DNA of 64,000 nt. Origin: Actinomycetes bacterium. GTDB taxonomy: Bacteria > Actinomycetota > Actinomycetes > JACCUZ01. The first letter of the stretch is position 1; every line of letters starts with the position of its first letter. The notes below the pieces were generated by a model that saw nothing but the letters and a program-made list of their open reading frames with translations, made no database searches and was not told the origin of the DNA. Shown one piece after another: positions 26,678 to 33,289 of this stretch. The stretch covers positions 4,613-68,612 of the forward strand of contig JBBRVU010000002.1 of assembly GCA_038246575.1 (NCBI GenBank), in the 5' to 3' direction. The translations under genes were made by a program, and so were the position numbers.

Positions 26678-27399
26678 CCACAGACCTCAGTCGGCCTGTG
26701 CCACCCAACGGCTCGACACCTACGACCACGCATGAGGTGCCGCGGGGCGCACCGGCCACGCCGCTGGCAGCGCCGCGGCTGGTCGCGCCGGGCCGCCGCC
26801 GCCCCGCTGTGTGGGGGCTGGGTTTGGCGCTGGTGATGGCCGGCGGTGCGGTGGCGGCCGCGACCACGATGGCCGCCGGTGACCGCGCCGCGGTGCTGAG
26901 CGTGGTCCGTCCGGTCGACGCGGGCACCGTCATCGAGGCGCGCGACCTCGGTGAGGCCCGGGTCGCGCCCGACCCGATGCTGGACCCCATCCCAGCCGAC
27001 CAGCGTGACCGGGTGCTTGGGCAGGTCGCGGGGGTCGATCTGCGCCCGGGCACGTTGCTCACACCGAGCCAGCTCGAGGAGCGGGCGATCCCGGGCGCGG
27101 ACCAGGCCCTGGTCGGAGTCGCGCTGGACCCGGGCCGGCTACCCGCGCGGCGCTTGCAGCGCGGCGATCGGGTCCTTGCCGTCGTCACCGCCCAGGAGCC
27201 GCCGATCGGTGTCGAGTCCGGGGTGCCCGCGACCGAGCCGCCGGGCACCCGGGTGGCGGAGGTGGTGTCCACCGGACGCGTCACGCCGGACGGGCGGGCG
27301 GTAGTCGACCTCCTTGTCCCCGAAGGTGAGGCGGCGGGGTTGGCGGCGGACGCGGCCGCAGCCCGGATCAGTCTCGTCCTGCTGCCCCGGGCCGGGTGA
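26674..27399 (+). CDS. SAF-domain protein (CpaB/RcpC-like Flp pilus assembly protein)
   Basis: One TM helix followed by a SAF-like segment: VVRPVDAGTVIEARDL...VAGVDLRPGTLLTPSQL. ATGA overlap with the upstream gene. Confidence 0.7.
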   Translation: MTTDLSRPVPPNGSTPTTTHEVPRGAPATPLAAPRLVAPGRRRPAVWGLGLALVMAGGAVAAATTMAAGDRAAVLSVVRPVDAGTVIEARDLGEARVAPDPMLDPIPADQRDRVLGQVAGVDLRPGTLLTPSQLEERAIPGADQALVGVALDPGRLPARRLQRGDRVLAVVTAQEPPIGVESGVPATEPPGTRVAEVVSTGRVTPDGRAVVDLLVPEGEAAGLAADAAAARISLVLLPRAG

Positions 27400-27406
27400 G
27401 GGTCCC

Positions 27407-28372
27407 ATGGCGCTGATCGTGTTGGTGTCGGCGAAGGGTTCCCCTGGAGTCACCACGTCGGCGCTGGCGCTGGCCGCGCTGTGGCCCCGCCGCGTGTTGC
27501 TCGCCGAGTGCGACCCGGCCGGCGGCGACGTCACGCCCGGGTTCCTCCAAGCGAGCACCCCGCCGGTGGGAGGGCTGCTGGAGCTGGCGCTGGCCGCCCG
27601 CCGGGGTCTCACCGCCACCGATGTGCTGTCGCGCTGCCTGCGGCTCTCCGAGACCGACGACCGGGTGCTGCTGCTCCCGGGGCTGACCGATCCCGCGCAC
27701 GCGGCCGCGGTGACCCCGATGTGGCCGCGGATCACCGCGGCGCTCCGCGACCTCGGTGCATCCGACCCGGCGCGCGACGTGCTCGCCGACGCCGGCCGGT
27801 TGCCGTTCCCCCCCGAGCCAGACCTGCTCACCGCCGCGGACCGGGTGCTGCTGGTGTTGCGCCCGACGCTGGCGCAGGTGCACCACGCCCGCCACCAGCT
27901 GAGCGTCCTGCGCTGCCTGCGCCCCCAGGACGCCACCGATCGGAGCACCTGCGGCGGGCGTGGTGTCGGGCTGCTGCTGGTCGGTGACCGCCCCTACGGG
28001 CCGGGCGACGTACAGACCGCCCTCGAGACACCGGTAGTCGCGGTCCTAGCCCACGACCCGCGGGCGGCCGCCGCGCTGGGCGACGGCACCGCGCGGGGCC
28101 GCTGGTTCGACCGGTCGCAGCTGGTGCGCTCGGTCCGCCGAGCCGCCGCCGCCCTCACCGACATGAGCACCGACACGAGCACCGACACGACGCCCGACCC
28201 GACGCCTGAGGGGCTACCCGGGCACGGATCGGACCGGGCCGGACAACACCTGGACCGGGCCGGACAACACCTGGACCGGGCCGGACAACACGCGGAACCA
28301 GCTGGACTACCTCGCGGACAACACGTCCCGCAAGCAGCCCCGCGGCGCAGCGACGGGCGGCTCGCGCCGTGA
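27407..28372 (+). CDS. MinD/ParA-like protein with degenerate Walker A (TadZ/Ssd-like), repeat-containing C-terminal tail
   Basis: IVLVSAKGSPGVTTSALALA occupies the P-loop position but lacks the GK[ST] lysine. The position before cpaF matches actinobacterial Tad loci. The tail is STDTSTDTTPDPTPE followed by DRAGQHL x3. Confidence 0.6.
   Translation: MALIVLVSAKGSPGVTTSALALAALWPRRVLLAECDPAGGDVTPGFLQASTPPVGGLLELALAARRGLTATDVLSRCLRLSETDDRVLLLPGLTDPAHAAAVTPMWPRITAALRDLGASDPARDVLADAGRLPFPPEPDLLTAADRVLLVLRPTLAQVHHARHQLSVLRCLRPQDATDRSTCGGRGVGLLLVGDRPYGPGDVQTALETPVVAVLAHDPRAAAALGDGTARGRWFDRSQLVRSVRRAAAALTDMSTDTSTDTTPDPTPEGLPGHGSDRAGQHLDRAGQHLDRAGQHAEPAGLPRGQHVPQAAPRRSDGRLAP
28231..28293. repeat. 3 x 21-bp tandem repeat ggaccgggccggacaacac(ct/gc)
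   Basis: Two identical units and one with 2 changes, each containing CGGACAAC. A fourth CGGACAAC lies at 28315-28322. The array sits 47-139 nt upstream of the cpaF start. Confidence 0.85.
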
Positions 28373-29835
28373 CGCGCCGCGGGCCTGCGTCGCTGGACCT
28401 GCCCGGCACCGGCGGGTGGGCGACCGACGCGCCTGGGCTGCTGGAGGAGGTGGACTACGCGCTGGTGCGCCGGCTGCGCCGGCAGGTCGCTGAGCGTCTC
28501 TCCGACGAGCTGGTCGCGTTGCGGGCCCGCCGGGGGTCCGATGTCGGTGCGGCGGACCAGCGGATGCTGGCCCGCGCCCTGATCGATGATGCGCTGGCGG
28601 GTTGGGTCGCGCAGCGGGTCCGTGACGGCGACCCGGCACCGACCGCGGCCGGGGAGGACGCCACGTCGGGGGCGGTGTTTGCGGCGCTGTTCGGGTTGGG
28701 CCGCCTGCAGCGGTGGGTCAACGACGAGGCCATCGAGAACATCGACGTCAACGGCGCCGACGAGGTGTGGCTGTCCTACGCCGGCGGTCGGCTGGTCCGC
28801 GCCCCCGCGGTCGCGGACTCCGACGACGAGCTGGTGGAGATGATCCAGTCCTTCGCCGCCTACCTCGGGCAGTCCACCCGCGAGTTCTCCTCCGCCCGGC
28901 CGCTGCTGAACCTGCGCCTGCCCGACGGGGCACGACTGTCGGCCTGGATGGGGGTCAGCCCGCGCCCCGGTCTCACGATCCGCCGGCACCGCCTGACCGA
29001 CATCACCCTGGACGACCTGCGCGAGCTGGACAGCCTGGACTCCGGGTTGGTCGCGTTCCTGCGGGCGGCGGTGACGGCGCGGAAGAACATCGTGGTCACC
29101 GGCGGGGTCAACGCCGGTAAGACGACCCTGGTGCGGGCGCTGGCCAACGAGATCGACCCGCACGAGCGGATCGTGGTGGTGGAGAAGGAGTACGAGCTCG
29201 GCCTGGACCGGCTCCCCGACCGCCACCACCAGGTGGTGTGCTTGGAGGCCCGTGACCCCAACGCGGAGGGGTCCGGGGAGGTGGCGTTGGCGGCGCTGGT
29301 CGTGCACGCGCTGCGGATGAACCCGCGGCGGATCATCGTCGGGGAGGTCCGCGGCGACGAGCTGATCCCGATGTTGACCGCGATGGGCTCGGGGAACGAC
29401 GGGTCGCTGTGCACCCTGCACGCCAACTCCGCGCACGCCGCGTTCAACCGGATGGCCGCCATCGGCCTGGCGTGCCCGCAGCGGCTGCCGGTCGAGGCGG
29501 CGCACCTGCTCGCCGCGGATGCCGTGGACCTCGTCGTGCACGTCAGCATCCGCGACGACACCGCGTCCGGGGGGATCCGCACCCGGCACGTGTCCAGCGT
29601 CCTGGAGGTCACCGGTCTCGGGGAGAACGCACGGGTCGCCACCAACACGATCTACCGCCCCGGGCCGCAGGGGCGCGCCGTGCCCGCCACCGGCCCGGCG
29701 TGCCTGCCCGACCTGGTCCGCGCCGGGTTCGACCCGGCCTTCCTCGACGCCCCCGCCGGATGGTGGACCGACCCACCGGCCCCGCCCGCGGGCGCACAGC
29801 GCGACGGCGCCCAGCCCGACGGAGCGCTGCGGTGA
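28369..29835 (+). CDS. cpaF: CpaF/TadA-family secretion ATPase (complete)
   Basis: Walker A GGVNAGKTT, Walker B/Asp box RRIIVGEVRGDE and His box GSLCTLHANS. GTG overlaps the upstream stop. Confidence 0.9.
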   Translation: MTRRGPASLDLPGTGGWATDAPGLLEEVDYALVRRLRRQVAERLSDELVALRARRGSDVGAADQRMLARALIDDALAGWVAQRVRDGDPAPTAAGEDATSGAVFAALFGLGRLQRWVNDEAIENIDVNGADEVWLSYAGGRLVRAPAVADSDDELVEMIQSFAAYLGQSTREFSSARPLLNLRLPDGARLSAWMGVSPRPGLTIRRHRLTDITLDDLRELDSLDSGLVAFLRAAVTARKNIVVTGGVNAGKTTLVRALANEIDPHERIVVVEKEYELGLDRLPDRHHQVVCLEARDPNAEGSGEVALAALVVHALRMNPRRIIVGEVRGDELIPMLTAMGSGNDGSLCTLHANSAHAAFNRMAAIGLACPQRLPVEAAHLLAADAVDLVVHVSIRDDTASGGIRTRHVSSVLEVTGLGENARVATNTIYRPGPQGRAVPATGPACLPDLVRAGFDPAFLDAPAGWWTDPPAPPAGAQRDGAQPDGALR

Positions 29836-30731
29836 CCGGCCTGTCCGCGCTGGCCGGGGCCACCGCCGCGCTCGGGATGTTGCTAGTCGCGGTCGGCCTG
29901 GTCGCCACCCCCGACCGCCCGGGCACCCGCCCACGAGGGACCTGGTGGGCCAGGCACCGGGTGAGCGGGCGGCGACTCGGGGTGCTGGTCGCGATACCGG
30001 TGGCGGTGCTCGCGGTCACCGGCTGGCCGGCCGCCGCACTGATAGCCCTCGTAGCCACGGCGGGAGCACCACGGCTGCTCGGAGGACGCCGCGCCTCAGA
30101 GACCCGGATCGCGCGGCTGCAAGCGCTGGCCGACTGGACCCGGCGCCTTGGCGACGTCCTGGGCGCCGGCGCGGGCATCGAGCAGGCCATCGAGGCCAGC
30201 CTGCCCGGCGCCCCGGCACCGATCGCCGGGGACGTCGCGCGGCTGGTGGCCCGGCTGCGCGCCCGACACCCGGTCCAGGCTGCGCTGCGCGCGTTCGGCG
30301 ATGACCTGGACGACCCGACCGGGGACCTGGTGGTCGCGGCCCTGCTGCTCGCCGCCGACCGGCGCGGGCGCGGCCTGGCCCGGCTGCTCGCCGCCCTGGC
30401 CGCCACCGTGGAGGCGGAGGTGGCGATGCGCCGAGGGATCGAGGCGGACCGGGCCACGCCGCGGACCACGGCCCGCTGGGTCCTCTACATCACCCTCGCC
30501 GTCGTCGCCGGCCTGGTGCTGTTCGACCGCACCTACGTCGCCCCGTTCGGCACCCCCACCGGGCAGGTCGTGCTCGCCCTGATCGGCGCGCTGTTCACCG
30601 GCGCCTTCGCGTGGATGCACCGGCTCACCACCGGCACCCCAGGCCAACGCTTCCTGCCCGCCGACAACCCGCCCGCGGACCGGACCGGATCCGCCAATCG
30701 TGCAAGTGACGGCATGGGGTGGCAGCGGTGA
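29832..30731 (+). CDS. tadB: type II secretion system F-domain membrane protein (TadB-like)
   Basis: GTGA overlap with cpaF. TM helices flank a cytoplasmic T2SS-F-like domain, in the canonical position after cpaF. Confidence 0.7.
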   Translation: MTGLSALAGATAALGMLLVAVGLVATPDRPGTRPRGTWWARHRVSGRRLGVLVAIPVAVLAVTGWPAAALIALVATAGAPRLLGGRRASETRIARLQALADWTRRLGDVLGAGAGIEQAIEASLPGAPAPIAGDVARLVARLRARHPVQAALRAFGDDLDDPTGDLVVAALLLAADRRGRGLARLLAALAATVEAEVAMRRGIEADRATPRTTARWVLYITLAVVAGLVLFDRTYVAPFGTPTGQVVLALIGALFTGAFAWMHRLTTGTPGQRFLPADNPPADRTGSANRASDGMGWQR

Positions 30732-31636
30732 ACCTGCTACCGGTCGCCGTCGCCGCGGGCGCCGCCTGCGGCGCCGGCATGGTGCTGGTCGTCCGCGAGG
30801 TGTGGCCGGGTGCCCCGAATCTGGCCGCGGCGCTGGACCGCCTCGACGCCCCACCCCGGCCGTCGGCCGCAGGCGCGGCCGCAGCTGCGGGCGCCGGCGC
30901 CGGCGCGTGGCGCGGTCTGGCTGCCCAGGTCGGGCGGTGGCTGGCCTCCCGAGCCACCGGCGTGGCGGTACCGGTCGACGACCTGCGGCTCCTGGACCGC
31001 CCGGTCGAGGCGTTCTGGGCGTCCAAGGCCGCCTTCGCCGCGCTGGGGCTCGCCCTGCCCACTGCGCTGATCGCGCTGGGGTGGCTGGGCGGGATGAGCC
31101 CGCCGCTGCTCGTGCCCGTCGCGGCGCCGCTGGTCGCGGCGGTCGTGCTGTTCTTCGCCCCGGACCTGGTGGTGCGCTCGCAGGCCGTCACGGCCCGGGC
31201 CGGGTTCCGGCAGGCGGTCGCGGCCTACCTGGAGCTCGTGGCGCTCGAGCGCGCCGCTGACGGCGGGCCCGCCGACTCCCTGGAACGGGCCGCCGCCGTC
31301 GGACACGGCCGCGACTTCACCCGCATCACCGACGCCCTGCACCGGGCCCGCCTGCTCGGAGTGCCACCCTGGACCGCGCTCGCCGAGCTCGCCGAGATCA
31401 CCGGAGTAGAAGACCTGCGCGACCTCGCCGACATCGTCGCCCTGGCCGGCCACGACGGCGCCGCCATCTACGACACGCTCGCCGCCAAGGCCGCCGCGCT
31501 GCGCACCCGCGCGCTGGCCGATGCCCAAGCCGCCGCGAACGCCGCGTCCGAGCGGCTCACCCTGCCCGCAGTCGCCCTCGGCCTCGGGTTCGTTCTGCTC
31601 GTCGCCTACCCGGCGCTGGCCCGCGTCCTGGTCTAG
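30719..31636 (+). CDS. tadC: type II secretion system F-domain membrane protein (TadC-like)
   Basis: Second T2SS-F-like polytopic protein directly after the TadB-like gene. The start may be GTG 30719 or GTG 30728. Confidence 0.7.
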   Translation: MAAVNLLPVAVAAGAACGAGMVLVVREVWPGAPNLAAALDRLDAPPRPSAAGAAAAAGAGAGAWRGLAAQVGRWLASRATGVAVPVDDLRLLDRPVEAFWASKAAFAALGLALPTALIALGWLGGMSPPLLVPVAAPLVAAVVLFFAPDLVVRSQAVTARAGFRQAVAAYLELVALERAADGGPADSLERAAAVGHGRDFTRITDALHRARLLGVPPWTALAELAEITGVEDLRDLADIVALAGHDGAAIYDTLAAKAAALRTRALADAQAAANAASERLTLPAVALGLGFVLLVAYPALARVLV

Positions 31637-31663
31637 ACCCAACAAGAACAAGGAGCACCTGAC

Positions 31664-31912
31664 ATGCCCGCACCCACCCGCTGGCCCTCGCTGCGGCCCG
31701 CCCTTCCCAGCTCTCTGATCATCGCCATGCTGGTTGTGCTGGTCGCGCTCACCACCCTGCCGGCGCGGCTGCGTGCCGCCCGGACAGAGCGCGCCGACGC
31801 CGGCTCGGTGACCCTGGAGCAGGTCGCCATCGCCGCCGGTCTGCTCGCGGTCGCGGTCGCTGCCGTCGCCGTGATCGGCAAGGCCGTCACCAACTACACC
31901 GACCTGCTCTAG
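31664..31912 (+). CDS. Flp/DUF4244-like pilin candidate
   Basis: Small protein with ERADAG-SVTLEQVAIAAGLLAVAVAAVAVIG. This resembles the G/xxxxE(Y) processing site plus hydrophobic helix of actinobacterial Flp pilins such as the M. tuberculosis Rv3656c type. Confidence 0.55.
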   Translation: MPAPTRWPSLRPALPSSLIIAMLVVLVALTTLPARLRAARTERADAGSVTLEQVAIAAGLLAVAVAAVAVIGKAVTNYTDLL

Positions 31913-31914
31913 CC

Positions 31915-32346
31915 GTGACGGCAGCGACCATGCCGGGACGGCGGCCCCCGACGCCCCGGACCGGGCGCAGCGAAGGAGGGTCGGTGACCCTCGGGTTGGC
32001 GGCGGTGTTCCCGGCGTGCCTGGTGCTGGTGCTCCTCGTCGTGCAGGTCGCGCTGCTGGTCCACGCCCGCAACATCGCCGGGGCCGCAGCCCAGGAGGGT
32101 CTGCGGACGGCCCGCCTCTACGACGGCACCGCCTCCACGGGGGAGGACCGGGCGCGGGGCTTCCTCGCCCAGACCGGCGGGGACCTGCTCACCGCCACCA
32201 CCGTCACCGTCTCCCGCGGCGACCAGCGGGTGAGGGTGCAGGTCGCCGGCCGGGCGCTCTCGCTGCTGCCCGGGGTGCACCCGAGGGTCGGGGCCGTCGC
32301 GGCCGGTCCGGTGGAACGATTCGTCCCCGACACCGCCACTCCATGA
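31915..32346 (+). CDS. TadE-like pseudopilin
   Basis: SEGGSVTLGLAAVFPACLVLVLLVVQVALLVHARNIAGAAAQEG is the TadE N-terminal motif (E-x-helix). Confidence 0.7.
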   Translation: MTAATMPGRRPPTPRTGRSEGGSVTLGLAAVFPACLVLVLLVVQVALLVHARNIAGAAAQEGLRTARLYDGTASTGEDRARGFLAQTGGDLLTATTVTVSRGDQRVRVQVAGRALSLLPGVHPRVGAVAAGPVERFVPDTATP

Positions 32347-32840
32347 TTCATCTCGGCTCCATGACCCGCCCGGGCGCCGTGAGCCGTCATGGCACCCGGT
32401 GGGCCCGATCCCGGGGTGCCGGGTGGCATGTCGGCTCGGGCGGGTCGGCGACCCTCGAGCTGGTGGTGCTGGCCCCCGCTCTGCTCGCGCTGGTCCTGCT
32501 CGTCGTGGCCGCCGGACGGGTCGCCGCCGCCGGCGCCCAGGTGGACGGCGCCGCGCGCGATGCCTCCCGCGCCGCGTCCCTGGAACGCACCGCCACCGCC
32601 GCGCGGGCGGCCGCCCGGGACACCGCCGCCGCGTCGCTGGCCGGCCAGCGCCTCACCTGCCGGTCCATGACCGTGCGCGTGACCGGATCCTTCGCGGCGC
32701 CACCCGGCACCCCCGCGGCCGTGCGGACCTCCGTCGGCTGCACCGTGGCTCTTGGCGACGTGGCCCTACCTGGGCTGCCCGGGGTCAAGACGCTGACCGC
32801 GGACTACACCTCGGTCCTCGACACCTACCGAGGACGGTGA
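32343..32840 (+). CDS. TadE-like pseudopilin (second)
   Basis: ATGA overlap with the upstream gene. GSATLELVVLAPALLALVLLVVAAGRV is a TadE-type N-terminus. Confidence 0.7.
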   Translation: MIHLGSMTRPGAVSRHGTRWARSRGAGWHVGSGGSATLELVVLAPALLALVLLVVAAGRVAAAGAQVDGAARDASRAASLERTATAARAAARDTAAASLAGQRLTCRSMTVRVTGSFAAPPGTPAAVRTSVGCTVALGDVALPGLPGVKTLTADYTSVLDTYRGR

Positions 32841-32845
32841 CCGGG

Positions 32846-33289
32846 ATGGGAAGCACCGGGCGCCCCGCCCCACTGCGCGGGCGCGACCCGGAGCGCGGGT
32901 CGCTGACGCTGTTCGCGGTCGTGCTGGCGCTGGGGCTGCTCGCGATGACCGGACTGGTCATCGACGGCGGCGCGCAGCTGACGGCGCAGCGCCGAGCCAA
33001 CCACCTCGCCGAACAGGCCGCCCGAGCCGGCGCCCAGGCCGTTGACCTCGGCGCGCTGCGATCGAGCCGACCCACCCTGGACCCGGTCGCCGCCCGGACC
33101 GCCGCCACGAGGTACCTGGCCGCAGCCGGCCACCGCGGGCAGGTCAGCGTCGACGCGGGCACCATCACGGTCAGCGTCGCCGACCGCCAGCCCACCGCCG
33201 TGCTCGGTCTGCTCGGCATCCACCACCTCGACGTCACCGGCCGCGGCCGCGCCCGGCTCCTCGTCGGCATCCGGGAGGCCCGCCCATGA
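32846..33289 (+). CDS. TadG-like/pilus assembly protein (putative Flp pilus-assembly TadE/G-like domain)
   Basis: ERGSLTLFAVVLALGLLAMTGLVIDGG is the motif typical of TadG-related proteins. Confidence 0.6.
   Translation: MGSTGRPAPLRGRDPERGSLTLFAVVLALGLLAMTGLVIDGGAQLTAQRRANHLAEQAARAGAQAVDLGALRSSRPTLDPVAARTAATRYLAAAGHRGQVSVDAGTITVSVADRQPTAVLGLLGIHHLDVTGRGRARLLVGIREARP

Noticed and set aside
28231-28293. Tandem repeats (21-bp x3 here, 12-bp x4 at 24962-25009) considered as a possible CRISPR array.
   Set aside because: The units are directly adjacent with no spacers, are too short and too few, and no cas genes are present.
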